Assembly: GCA_036253055.1 (NCBI GenBank)
Contig: GCA_036253055.1_4124.1
Source of the DNA: a phage
Direction: 5' to 3' (one strand)
Length of the DNA: 64,000 bases
Shown: in pieces, positions 1-8,649 of the stretch
Layout of the letters: each line of letters starts with the position of its first letter
How positions within the stretch are numbered: the stretch's first letter is position 1
Made by a program: the position numbers and the translations under genes
Notes under the pieces: model-generated
What the model saw: only the letters and a program-made list of their open reading frames with translations
What the model was told of the DNA's origin: nothing
The model's database searches: none

Positions 1-64
1 CATCCCTCACTCTGCTCGACTTTTAGTTTAGTATCGAGTTGGTCAGATATGTTAATGAAAACCA

Positions 65-289
65 TTAGTTCTTTTCCTTTCTTTCTATTTGTTTCATAAG
101 AACATTGATATACTCACCCGCAAACCTATTCTGATACTGCGTCCCCATGAATTCCAACATCCATACTTCAGCAACCTTTTCTTCAATTTCAGTCCATTGT
201 AAGTACATCATAGTGAAGTAAATGGTGTTCTCTTTTTTTCTGGCACTCTTAGCACGGGCCTCGTATTCAAAGTTATTAATGATGTTCAT
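65..289 (-). CDS. small hypothetical protein, paralog family A (LGTxYQ motif)
   Basis: ORF track 74 aa; ATG 287-289; C-terminal FMGTQYQ motif shared with six upstream paralogs. Confidence 0.5.
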   Translation of the reverse strand: MNIINNFEYEARAKSARKKENTIYFTMMYLQWTEIEEKVAEVWMLEFMGTQYQNRFAGEYINVLMKQIERKEKN

Positions 290-503
290 TACATTTGTCC
301 ATTATGTAATTAGTGAGTGCAACGATGTGCTCATGAACATAGCCTTCTTGGAAGTTAGTCCCCAGTACAGCCAACATGCGAATCTCGGTGGTGTTTATCC
401 TGTGTTCCCTTATAGATAAACATTCTTTTTGTGGAAGTGTAAAATATTTGTTTATTACAGCAATGATAATTTTATTCTTCTCTATATTACTTAAATGTTT
501 CAT
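276..503 (-). CDS. small hypothetical protein, paralog family A
   Basis: 75 aa; SD AGGAG upstream of ATG 501-503; LAVLGTNFQE motif; ATGA overlap with upstream gene. Confidence 0.55.
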   Translation of the reverse strand: MKHLSNIEKNKIIIAVINKYFTLPQKECLSIREHRINTTEIRMLAVLGTNFQEGYVHEHIVALTNYIMDKCNEHH

Positions 504-715
504 AGTTTGCTCCTGACGTATTTCTCAAGAGATGACAAATACTTTTCCTCATAATACTCCTGATAGTCTGTTCCCAAGAATGCACCCAAAAGTATTTCAT
601 TTTCCAATACCTCGGCTAAGTTTAAATCAGAAGTCTCTTCGTATATTATGAGGATTTCAAGTTGTCTGGCAGCGATGCGTTCAGTATATTGATATGATTT
701 TTCTAGAATAATCAT
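500..715 (-). CDS. small hypothetical protein, paralog family A
   Basis: 71 aa; FLGTDYQEYY motif; 4-nt overlaps both sides (translational coupling). Confidence 0.55.
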   Translation of the reverse strand: MIILEKSYQYTERIAARQLEILIIYEETSDLNLAEVLENEILLGAFLGTDYQEYYEEKYLSSLEKYVRSKL

Positions 716-924
716 AGTTTACTCTTAATGTGGTTCTGAAGTGCAATAAAGTATTCTCCTACATAATACTCCTGAAAGTCTGTATCCAAAAATGCACCCA
801 TAAGTAAATCCTTCTCCATTACCCTTGATAAGTTAAGATCTGCATTTGAAAGGTATATAAGTAATATTTCAGCCTGGACAGATTTAAAACGTTTCTTATA
901 TTCTTCAGGTGTTAATATAATCAT
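712..924 (-). CDS. small hypothetical protein, paralog family A
   Basis: 70 aa; FLDTDFQEYY motif; 4-nt overlaps. Confidence 0.55.
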   Translation of the reverse strand: MIILTPEEYKKRFKSVQAEILLIYLSNADLNLSRVMEKDLLMGAFLDTDFQEYYVGEYFIALQNHIKSKL

Positions 925-1130
925 AGTTTACTCTTAATATCTTCTATTAAAAATCGAATCCAATCTTGAACATACTCTTCCTGATGGTTTGTGTTCAGTA
1001 CAGCCAACATACGGATCTCTGCTCTTGCAACTTCAATTTCAGTTTTAGGAAGGTCTTTGCTGATATCCACCATTAAGTCCATGTATTTCAAGATAAGACC
1101 GTATGATTGGGTTCGTGTTATAGTTTTCAT
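921..1130 (-). CDS. small hypothetical protein, paralog family A
   Basis: 69 aa; LAVLNTNHQEEYV motif. Confidence 0.55.
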   Translation of the reverse strand: MKTITRTQSYGLILKYMDLMVDISKDLPKTEIEVARAEIRMLAVLNTNHQEEYVQDWIRFLIEDIKSKL

Positions 1131-1327
1131 TGTTTCCTCGTGGACAAAATTTCATTTTTCAATGTATCCACATATTTCGTTACCCATGCATCCTGATAGT
1201 TAGTTCCCAATGTAATCAAAAGGTATAACTCCATTCGTTCTACGTGTGAGTCTGTATTATAAATCTTTGTGAAGTTTTTACGTAACAGTGCTTGATATTC
1301 TTTTTCGGTTAATTTACGCATTTTCAT
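1127..1327 (-). CDS. small hypothetical protein, paralog family A
   Basis: 66 aa; ITLGTNYQDAWV motif. Confidence 0.55.
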   Translation of the reverse strand: MKMRKLTEKEYQALLRKNFTKIYNTDSHVERMELYLLITLGTNYQDAWVTKYVDTLKNEILSTRKQ

Positions 1328-1521
1328 AGTTTACTCGTTACATCTTCAATTAAATACCAAATCCAATCCTTGACATACCTTTCCTGATAGTTAGTCCCAA
1401 TGAATAGTGCCATAATTAATTCACGCTTATAGGCAATACCACGGTCATGTGACTTATACATTATCATAGCCATGTTATTGATAAGTCTTTCGTGGTGTTC
1501 TGCTTGAGTTAAAATACGCAT
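1324..1521 (-). CDS. small hypothetical protein, paralog family A (first gene of 7-gene operon)
   Basis: Start moved to ATG 1519-1521 (SD AAGGGAG 6 nt upstream); track start at 1551 lies in the promoter -10 region; FIGTNYQERYV motif. Confidence 0.5.
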   Translation of the reverse strand: MRILTQAEHHERLINNMAMIMYKSHDRGIAYKRELIMALFIGTNYQERYVKDWIWYLIEDVTSKL

Positions 1522-1770
1522 AGGGACTCCCTTGAAAATAATATCAATCATATAATATATGAATTGTATAAAAAGTCAATAACATTTTATTCGTAATACC
1601 CCTTTATCGAAGTCGCTAAGGTTACCCGCCCTTTAGCCCCCTACGCATTTTGCCATAGTCCAATCCCTTTTATTTTAAAAAAGTCAAGGGATTACCTATG
1701 CATTTTTTTAACGCATTATTTTAAAAACGCCTTGACTTTTTTCTGAATCAGTACTAGATCCCTTTACGCA

Positions 1771-1980
1771 TTAATCCTTCGTTACGCTAACGATTATCTG
1801 TGTATCCCCGTAGTCCTGCCATACTTCCACGCCATCCGTCGCCCTGGTTAGTCGTGCTGTCATCTGCTTAACAGTCTTAGGCTTTAGTGGAACCTGTTGC
1901 AGTACTGTACGCATAGCATCACTGACGTTATCATGTACGCCAGCAATAGTACCTAGAACGCTGTATACTGTATAGAACAT
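1771..1980 (-). CDS. hypothetical protein
   Basis: 69 aa; SD AGGAGGG 7 nt upstream of ATG 1978-1980. Confidence 0.5.
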   Translation of the reverse strand: MFYTVYSVLGTIAGVHDNVSDAMRTVLQQVPLKPKTVKQMTARLTRATDGVEVWQDYGDTQIIVSVTKD

Positions 1981-2048
1981 ATGTATGCCCTCCTGATATA
2001 GTTAAGGCCGCTAGAGAGCGGCCTATGATGTTTGGTGATGTGTAATGC

Positions 2049-2450
2049 TTACAGCCCTAAGATAGTGCGTGCTTCGTTACGTTCCGTCCATAGCTGCATG
2101 ATGTGAGCAAGTAAGTCCTTACTAATGTATCCGGTGTTCATAGCTTCACGGATAGATACATCATAAGCACCGAACCCCGTGCGAACGATACGCACATCAT
2201 TTAGGTTAGTGTTATAGATACCGCCAAGATCAACGGCTTCGAATACTGCATCAACTGAATACTCATTGTTACCATCGTTGAAGTTTTCTAGTGCAATAGT
2301 ATTGGATACCGCCCAACGTTTGCAGTTTCCAATGATGCGGCATTGTTCCGGTTGGAGAGTGCCATTACTTACAGCGTACTCCAGTGCATCTTTACCAAAA
2401 GTCCGAGCCAGTACTAAAACGTCAGCGAAGGAAGTGATTGAGAAGGTCAT
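2049..2450 (-). CDS. hypothetical protein
   Basis: Start moved to ATG 2448-2450 (track N-terminus is translated 5'UTR hairpin); promoter and hairpin at 2470-2532. Confidence 0.5.
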   Translation of the reverse strand: MTFSITSFADVLVLARTFGKDALEYAVSNGTLQPEQCRIIGNCKRWAVSNTIALENFNDGNNEYSVDAVFEAVDLGGIYNTNLNDVRIVRTGFGAYDVSIREAMNTGYISKDLLAHIMQLWTERNEARTILGL

Positions 2451-2504
2451 GATAAAACTCCTTAATTTAGGAGGGAGAACCATTTCCCCCTCTCTATGTA
2501 AAAC

Positions 2505-2532
2505 ATTATACTTGATTCTAAGTACAATGCAA
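2505..2532 (-). promoter_or_regulatory. sigma70-like early promoter (TTGCAT, 16 nt, TATAAT) for gene 2049..2450
   Basis: Minus strand reads TTGCAT-N16-TATAAT, then GTTTTACAT start region and GC-rich UTR hairpin 2470-2492. Confidence 0.6.
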
Positions 2533-2539
2533 GTACTTT

Positions 2540-2866
2540 TTACATTTTAATTCCTGGATTCAGGTAACGATGTGATCCGTATTCTGGATCGGTTTCGGTC
2601 CAGTACTGTAAATCGATAGTACCTTTAGCGTTAATCTTGTCTACCAGCTTATTCATCTTACTGTAGACTACTTCGCTAGGGATGTAGTGTAATCCTTTAT
2701 TATAGAAGTAGTGGTTAGCTTCACTATCGTTTAAGATATAGCGTGCACCGTTTGCGGTTTGTGCAACAATGAAAGAGTATTCTACTTCCCGATCATTACC
2801 ATCAACAGTAATGCGGTCGAAATTGGTACGGATGAAAGCTTTAACGATAGCGATTGAAGTACTCAT
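2540..2866 (-). CDS. hypothetical protein
   Basis: 108 aa; SD AGGAG upstream of ATG 2864-2866. Confidence 0.55.
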   Translation of the reverse strand: MSTSIAIVKAFIRTNFDRITVDGNDREVEYSFIVAQTANGARYILNDSEANHYFYNKGLHYIPSEVVYSKMNKLVDKINAKGTIDLQYWTETDPEYGSHRYLNPGIKM

Positions 2867-2966
2867 GGTGAATCTCCTAACTTTGTGGGCCGTCGCACCA
2901 TTGCCGCCCTACGAGATACATTATTGCAGTACTGATATACTTTGTCAATACTTTTTCTATTAAAAT

Positions 2967-3182
2967 TTATTTACAGAACTGTAGCCCGACTGTGTTCGGA
3001 TAGTACACACATCTTTCACGCTTACCGCTAAACGCAGATATCCAGGATAATTTGTATGCCACTGGTTCCGGTGCAAGAGGATTATTTGAATAATCGAGAA
3101 CTTTAACAATTAAACGGTCCCCAACATACCAGCCAGTTGACTCTTTGATACGGTCGATAATTTCTTGTTTGGTTAACGCCAT
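2967..3182 (-). CDS. hypothetical protein
   Basis: Track start 3215 is a GTG inside the UTR hairpin; ATG 3180-3182 preferred; start uncertain. Confidence 0.4.
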   Translation of the reverse strand: MALTKQEIIDRIKESTGWYVGDRLIVKVLDYSNNPLAPEPVAYKLSWISAFSGKRERCVYYPNTVGLQFCK

Positions 3183-3399
3183 TTTATATCTCGCTCTTTT
3201 GGAGGTGGGCTGCACTATTGCCGCCCTACGAGATACATTATCTCAGTACTGATATACTTTGTCAATACTTTTTTTGAAATAGTTTTGAGTACTGGCATTA
3301 CATCCACCAGCAGATAGTTACTCACCGTTATTAACTATCTTATAGATACTTCTCTGCACCCTGTGGGCTAGTTTTTGTCTATGCGTATATAATAGCAAA

Positions 3400-3429
3400 G
3401 GGACTGACCGGAGTCAATCCCTTTTTTTT
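3400..3429 (-). terminator. hairpin plus T-run (intrinsic terminator-like), overlapping a minus-strand promoter -35
   Basis: GGGACTGAC-CGGA-GTCAATCCC then TTTTTTTT; same element at 5326-5347, 8188-8209, 12213-12232. Confidence 0.5.
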
Positions 3430-3440
3430 ATTCTTTTTTG

Positions 3441-3641
3441 TTAGATGATTCTCCAATCTTCTACCAGGATTTTAATATACCGTACCAGTGATTCGAGTGA
3501 TTCCACTTCCCGATAATCGGTAGCCGTTTGCACTGTACAAGTACAGCCGATCAAGCCATTGCCAAGCTCTTTGATCTGTACATCGATGCAGTTGGCTTTT
3601 GCTTCATTCAGTACTGCAACCAATTCGTTAGCGATTGACAT
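3441..3641 (-). CDS. hypothetical protein
   Basis: 66 aa; SD AGGAG; verified by hand translation. Confidence 0.55.
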   Translation of the reverse strand: MSIANELVAVLNEAKANCIDVQIKELGNGLIGCTCTVQTATDYREVESLESLVRYIKILVEDWRII

Positions 3642-3729
3642 AATGTTTTACTCCTAAAGGTGCGGGAGAACTATTCCCCCGCTCTATGTAAAACATTATA
3701 CATTATCTTGTAGTACTGTCAAATAGTTT

Positions 3730-3987
3730 TTATGAAATATCTTCGATATAGTCGGCCCATGTCATTTGTTCAGTACTATCTAGTGCACCAGGATTATTTG
3801 GATCAAACCATTCGCCATCCCCTAAGTACATTGCAGCCGCTACCGCTTTATAGCCATTATAGGCGTTATTCCACTGCATAGCACGATAGATACGGCCTTT
3901 GATTGGTGTCTGTACTGGTAATGTTTTATGGTCTTCTACGTAGGCCATAGCTTGAGGATTTACCCGATATTGTGTGAACTGTTCCAT
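3730..3987 (-). CDS. hypothetical protein
   Basis: Track start is the promoter TTGACA read as TTG; ATG 3985-3987 used. Confidence 0.5.
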   Translation of the reverse strand: MEQFTQYRVNPQAMAYVEDHKTLPVQTPIKGRIYRAMQWNNAYNGYKAVAAAMYLGDGEWFDPNNPGALDSTEQMTWADYIEDIS

Positions 3988-4062
3988 TATGTTTCCCCTT
4001 GTAGTTAGTAAAGTTATTACATCAGTACTATCACGCATTGTCAATAGTACTGAAATAAAACT

Positions 4063-4287
4063 TTAGATTAGATTATTGATGCCGTTGATGGTAGACTCGC
4101 TTTCTTCTTTCTCCCATTGGCGGTAATACTTCCATGCTTCATGATAGGTGGCGATCAGTTCATCTTTTTGATCCTGAGTACATGCCAGTACTGAATCACT
4201 GTAAGCGGTGTTATAGATAGAATCAAATGATTTCTTCTCTTCTGCCAGGGTAGCTACTTCCCGCATCAGTTCATCAAAGTTAGCCAT
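4063..4287 (-). CDS. hypothetical protein
   Basis: 74 aa; SD AAGGAG. Confidence 0.55.
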   Translation of the reverse strand: MANFDELMREVATLAEEKKSFDSIYNTAYSDSVLACTQDQKDELIATYHEAWKYYRQWEKEESESTINGINNLI

Positions 4288-4370
4288 TTTAGTACTCCTT
4301 ATTAGTGGGGGAGGATATCTCCCCCTATGTAAAACATTATACTTTGTTTTACTTACAATGCAAGTACTTT

Positions 4371-4562
4371 TTAAATTTTATTTCCGATATAGTCCGGCCT
4401 GTTCTTTTCGGTCATACGCTTAAGCATTTTTTGCATATGGCTTATTGCTTGTAGTGTATCCTCTTCCAGCGATGAATCAAGATAATCAGGATCATTCTTC
4501 ACCTTACAATGATTATGATAGCGTAGTACTGCCAGTACTTTTTTAACTTCTTCTACTGTCAT
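4371..4562 (-). CDS. hypothetical protein
   Basis: 63 aa; ATGA overlap with upstream gene 4559..4831. Confidence 0.5.
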   Translation of the reverse strand: MTVEEVKKVLAVLRYHNHCKVKNDPDYLDSSLEEDTLQAISHMQKMLKRMTEKNRPDYIGNKI

Positions 4563-4831
4563 AATAAGTATTCCACTTCGTTTGCTTTCAGGTTAGTATC
4601 AATCATCAGTGGTTTTTTGTAGTCCACAAAACGATTAGTTTTCTCGATAGCGAAGCCCATATAATCCAGTTTGCTTACAGTACATTCATTCTTAAAAACT
4701 TCTTTCGCTGCATTGATGGCTGATTCAATTGATAACCGCCCATCTAAATTAATGTTACCAAATGATCCACCAGCAGAAGTAGGATTACCGTTCATATCTT
4801 TAATAATCATAGTAGCGGAGTAGCTGGACAT
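4559..4831 (-). CDS. hypothetical protein
   Basis: 90 aa; SD AAAGGAAAC. Confidence 0.55.
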   Translation of the reverse strand: MSSYSATMIIKDMNGNPTSAGGSFGNINLDGRLSIESAINAAKEVFKNECTVSKLDYMGFAIEKTNRFVDYKKPLMIDTNLKANEVEYLL

Positions 4832-4915
4832 AATTTTGTTTCCTTTTATTGGTGGGGAGAGCTATTCTCCCCTTGATGTAAACTATTATACAGTACTGAT
4901 ATACTTTGTCAATAC

Positions 4916-5137
4916 TTAATTACGTTTAAAATGATATGTACCGTTATCATCCTGTACGCCCCATACTGATTTACCATCAACACCAGTGAAGCCGGATTGT
5001 AATTCAATATGGAAACCGTTAGCATCAACGACGAAAACTTTTTTATTTTCATCCCGATAGCATTGATATTCTTCACCTGCTTTAAATGCTGCATCATTCA
5101 GAAGATTTGAAGCGTGAACGCAGGTCATAGTAGTCAT
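4916..5137 (-). CDS. hypothetical protein
   Basis: Track N-terminus MFYIERGK is translated promoter/hairpin; start moved to ATG 5135-5137 (SD AAGGAA). Confidence 0.5.
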   Translation of the reverse strand: MTTMTCVHASNLLNDAAFKAGEEYQCYRDENKKVFVVDANGFHIELQSGFTGVDGKSVWGVQDDNGTYHFKRN

Positions 5138-5361
5138 CGTCTTGATTCCTTTTAGTACCAGGGAGAACCATTTCCCCCTCTCGATATAAAACATTATACG
5201 CTCATTGAGATAGTTTGCAAGTACTTTTTATAAAATAGTTTTCAGTACTGAATACTTATATAATAGATACACTTCCGCACCCTATGGGTCAGTGAGTTAT
5301 CTCTCAATGAATATATAATAGCAAAGGGACTGACTGGAGTCAATCCCTTTTTTAATCTTTT

Positions 5362-5946
5362 TTATCGTGTTATAGTTATCGCGTTAACATCACGTTTTTT
5401 ATAGTACTGATTCCAGATATTGCGGGTTAAACCGTAATCAAGTACTTTAATCAAGCCGTTGCGATCCTGGCCGATATTCTGTTTTCTGATATCTCTTATC
5501 GTTAGTGTGGATAATGTATCATCAACGTGATTGAGAGCATCAGCGAAATGGTGATGGCGTTCTACCGTATTACGTTTAATATTGTACTTTAACTCATTGC
5601 ACGCGTTTACATGCTTTACACTGCCTTTGCTTGCAGTACTCAAACGATCCATAACAATAAACAGATTATCAGGATCGCATAAATGCATATGCACTTTAGC
5701 AAAGTACTGTTTAAGGTGCGGACGGTCATAATCTAAAAAATTCCATACCTTACATTCAGTTTCATTTTGTTCTACACCCGCATCACAATTCGCGACCTTA
5801 ATCACTAACCGATCATTTAAAGCGAATACAATACGGGAAGAACCCGCACCGACGATCTCCAGTCCAGCTAACCGACAAGCTGAAAGGATCTCTTTGTTGG
5901 TTTCCATTGCATGAAGTGAACGGATGAATTTAGTATAGTTACGCAT
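5362..5946 (-). CDS. protein kinase-like protein (Ser/Thr kinase fold)
   Basis: Gly-rich loop GAGSSRIVFA, VIKV lysine, catalytic-loop-like DIRKQN, DYG (DFG-like); start moved to ATG 5944-5946 (SD AAGGAG); track start was TTG. Confidence 0.6.
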   Translation of the reverse strand: MRNYTKFIRSLHAMETNKEILSACRLAGLEIVGAGSSRIVFALNDRLVIKVANCDAGVEQNETECKVWNFLDYDRPHLKQYFAKVHMHLCDPDNLFIVMDRLSTASKGSVKHVNACNELKYNIKRNTVERHHHFADALNHVDDTLSTLTIRDIRKQNIGQDRNGLIKVLDYGLTRNIWNQYYKKRDVNAITITR

Positions 5947-5977
5947 TGTGTTGACTCCTTGAGTTAATGAAACTATA

Positions 5978-6220
5978 TTACAGTACTTTACTATCAATGG
6001 CAACTACTTTTTTTACTTGAACTGCGTGGAATACTTCACTCGTATTTTTAGTACTGAATACTTTTGCCGTACCTTGTTCGACCGCAATACGATAGCGACC
6101 GTTAACGTCCACCATATTGATAAAGTCCGGTGTACTGAATGGAGTTACCCGGCATTTAAGAACGGTTAACAGTTCCACCAGCGTTGTAGTCTCTTTGATA
6201 CGTTTTTCTAAAGTAATCAT
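5978..6220 (-). CDS. hypothetical protein
   Basis: Track start is promoter TTGACA read as TTG; ATG 6218-6220 used. Confidence 0.45.
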   Translation of the reverse strand: MITLEKRIKETTTLVELLTVLKCRVTPFSTPDFINMVDVNGRYRIAVEQGTAKVFSTKNTSEVFHAVQVKKVVAIDSKVL

Positions 6221-6273
6221 TTTGTTTTCCCCGTGTTGGTATGCATTCATAGTACTAAAACATTTGAGTACTG

Positions 6274-6528
6274 TCAACGTGATATTAGTTTTATTTTTTT
6301 ATTGTATTGTTGGTGTTCATATAGATTAATTTTTCCAGTACTCTCGATCACTATTCTATTGTTAGTGTCTACATCGATAACACGTAGTTTCCCGTTGCTT
6401 AACTTCCTGGGTAATAGACTACCATTAATAAACTCATTAGCAAGCTGTACGGCCTTTGTGATGATTCTCTGTGGGGCTTTATAGTGTACCCGTAATACAT
6501 TATCGTTTGATAGTTGAACCTTAATCAT
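6274..6528 (-). CDS. hypothetical protein
   Basis: 84 aa; ATG 6526-6528. Confidence 0.5.
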   Translation of the reverse strand: MIKVQLSNDNVLRVHYKAPQRIITKAVQLANEFINGSLLPRKLSNGKLRVIDVDTNNRIVIESTGKINLYEHQQYNKKIKLISR

Positions 6529-6590
6529 TTTGTTTATCCTATAAAAAAGGCGGGAACTATTCCCGCCGTGTTGTTAGTACTGCAAAGTTA

Positions 6591-6986
6591 TTAGATAACC
6601 TGGCGGCGTTTACTGTATACTGTTACACGGTTTCCTTTACGGTCATGACGAATCTCTTTCTGGTTACGAATCAGTTCACTTGGACGCTTAAGGTTTGCCA
6701 GGTGATCCGCGTGAGTCCATGCATTTGCGTTAACTGTAACTTCAATATCAGAACCTTTCAAAAAGTCATCTTGAGCGTTCAGTACTTCAGCCAGTTCTTG
6801 AGCTTTCTTCAGTTCTGCTTCAGTAAGTACTGGTTCAGGTGAATTCACAATATCAGAGATCTCTTTGAACTGTACCGCCCAGCGTTGTCCTTTCGGTGCA
6901 TCTTTGCCCATGTCTTTAAATGTTTCACCTTCTTCACGGGCAACGATGCGAGCTTGTTCACGGGTAGCGAAGAATTTAGTAATCAT
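6591..6986 (-). CDS. hypothetical protein, paralog of 19008..19274
   Basis: Shares FATREQARIVAR..GxTFKDMG..RWAV and C-terminal HDRKGNRVTVYS with 19008..19274; start uncertain (6995 or 6986). Confidence 0.5.
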   Translation of the reverse strand: MITKFFATREQARIVAREEGETFKDMGKDAPKGQRWAVQFKEISDIVNSPEPVLTEAELKKAQELAEVLNAQDDFLKGSDIEVTVNANAWTHADHLANLKRPSELIRNQKEIRHDRKGNRVTVYSKRRQVI

Positions 6987-7085
6987 GGTGTACATCCTAT
7001 TAGTTAAGTTAATTAGTACTACAAGTTAGAGTCTATTATAAAGTACTATCTGGGCAATGTCAAATAGTACTTTAAATGGATTCTA

Positions 7086-7409
7086 TTACATGTCTTTCTT
7101 ACGTTTTACATCGTAGTAACGAACTGTAATTTCTTTGTTGATCTCTTCCTCGATGCGGTGAATAACTTTTTCTTTCGGGTTGAAACCTATTACAGTTTCT
7201 TTAATGATCTCCAAGCCCGTGTATTCGCCTTGTGTACCGTAACCGTAAGTAAAGGTTTCATGTCCCAGGTCTTCCCAGCGGTCACCAATCAATGCAGACA
7301 CGTAGCATGAGTGGTAAGTATTGCCGTGGCTATCAGTCCACCGATTAACTTTAATGTCAAAGGAGGTTACAATTTTCAATTCGACTTTCTGGGTAAGGAT
7401 CATAGTCAT
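7086..7409 (-). CDS. hypothetical protein, paralog of 14147..14470
   Basis: Shares WTDSxGNTYHSC..FTYGY motif with 14147..14470. Confidence 0.55.
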   Translation of the reverse strand: MTMILTQKVELKIVTSFDIKVNRWTDSHGNTYHSCYVSALIGDRWEDLGHETFTYGYGTQGEYTGLEIIKETVIGFNPKEKVIHRIEEEINKEITVRYYDVKRKKDM

Positions 7410-7496
7410 TTTAATTTCTCTCTTTTTGTTAGGAGGGGAACCATTCCCCTCACTTGATGTAAACTATTATACAGTACTAAGATACTTTGTCAATAC

Positions 7497-7631
7497 TTAT
7501 TTGTTTTCTTTTCGTAATTTCTTTTCAGCTTCAACTACATTACGATTTGTGCAAACCACTTCATCGGATAAATCTAACTTCCAGCCAGCCAGGGGATTGG
7601 TTGCTTTTTTAGTGTTGTTTGCTGCTTTCAT
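7497..7631 (-). CDS. small basic protein (44 aa), paralog of 13042..13188
   Basis: Not in track (<60 aa); hand-translated MKAANNTKKATNPLAGW...; SD AAGGAAAC; promoter module upstream. Confidence 0.45.
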   Translation of the reverse strand: MKAANNTKKATNPLAGWKLDLSDEVVCTNRNVVEAEKKLRKENK

Positions 7632-7698
7632 GATGTTTCCTTATTAATTAAGATGTAAACTATTATACAGTACTAAAAACTATTGTCAAACTATTTTA

Positions 7699-7899
7699 TC
7701 AAATTGTTTCCCATTTCATGTTACCCGCTTTACGCTGTGCAACAGGAATAAACATGTTATTAATGTTACTAATATAACCGACCTGTAAGTCACGCTGTGA
7801 ACCATACGCCCGACTTGCTGCATTTTTAGCACCGCGTTCTGATTTATAAACGCCGCTGGATACTGTAAATCCTACTACACCGAAAGTAAAATGTTTCAT
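7699..7899 (-). CDS. hypothetical protein
   Basis: 66 aa; SD GAGGAA. Confidence 0.5.
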   Translation of the reverse strand: MKHFTFGVVGFTVSSGVYKSERGAKNAASRAYGSQRDLQVGYISNINNMFIPVAQRKAGNMKWETI

Positions 7900-8223
7900 T
7901 TTGTATTCCTCTTTGTGGTTGATGTAAGTATTATACTCGTTTACTTGGTATTGTCAAACTATTTTATCAGGGGAGGTTTTCGTATGTCTTACTCCTGGAC
8001 TACTTAACGGGGAGTTACTTGTTTCGTTCCCCGTCCTGATGTAAAACATTATACGCTTATCATGATACTTTGCAAGTACTTTTTAAAAAATAGTTTTCAG
8101 TACTTGATAGTACTAGCCACCAGCATATAATAGATACATTTATGCACCCTGTGGGTTAGATTGTTTCTGTGCATATATAATAGCAAAGGGACTGACCGGA
8201 GTCAATCCCTTTTTTAAATCTTT

Positions 8224-8373
8224 TTAAACTTGTTTTGGGTTGCGATATGTGATAGCGTTCGGGTACATTTGTTTAATGTTATTCCATGCCTGGTTAACAT
8301 TGTAACCACTTGATCGAATCAGTTGGTTACTACCGACACCTTGAAACACTACTTCAAATAAGAATTCTTTCAT
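8224..8373 (-). CDS. small hypothetical protein (49 aa)
   Basis: Not in track; hand-translated; SD GAGGTGA; ATGA overlap with 8370..8543. Confidence 0.4.
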   Translation of the reverse strand: MKEFLFEVVFQGVGSNQLIRSSGYNVNQAWNNIKQMYPNAITYRNPKQV

Positions 8374-8543
8374 GCTTTCACCTCGCTATCTGCTTTGCCT
8401 TTACGCCAGGCCGTTGCTAATTGTTCGCGTTGCCATAAGTCGAGTGATACGTAAAGTTTTGCATTATCACCCTTCGGATATTCGCCAGTAGTACCAATCC
8501 GATAAAACAGATCTTTCAGTACTGATAATTCTACTTGGATCAT
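8370..8543 (-). CDS. small hypothetical protein (57 aa)
   Basis: Not in track; SD AGGAG; stop overlaps next start. Confidence 0.45.
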   Translation of the reverse strand: MIQVELSVLKDLFYRIGTTGEYPKGDNAKLYVSLDLWQREQLATAWRKGKADSEVKA

Positions 8544-8632
8544 TGTATTACTCCTGATTGTGTTAGTACTTCTACGATGGCATGAATGATCATAAGTACA
8601 GCTAACACAACAATCATCGGATTCATTTGCAT
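8540..8632 (-). CDS. hydrophobic micro-protein (30 aa, single TM)
   Basis: Hand-translated MQMNPMIVVLAVLMIIHAIVEVL...; SD AGGAG 8 nt upstream; coupled to downstream gene. Confidence 0.35.
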   Translation of the reverse strand: MQMNPMIVVLAVLMIIHAIVEVLTQSGVIQ

Positions 8633-8649
8633 AAGCTGTACTCCTTCTA

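Noticed and set aside
222-1203. Plus-strand ORFs 222..419 and 991..1203 overlapping the minus-strand family-A operon
   Set aside because: They lie fully inside the antisense of tightly coupled minus-strand genes with SD sites and family motifs, and have no SD or promoter of their own.
4909-5097. Alternative minus-strand ORF 4909..5097
   Set aside because: Out of frame with the better-supported gene 4916..5137, which has an SD and promoter.
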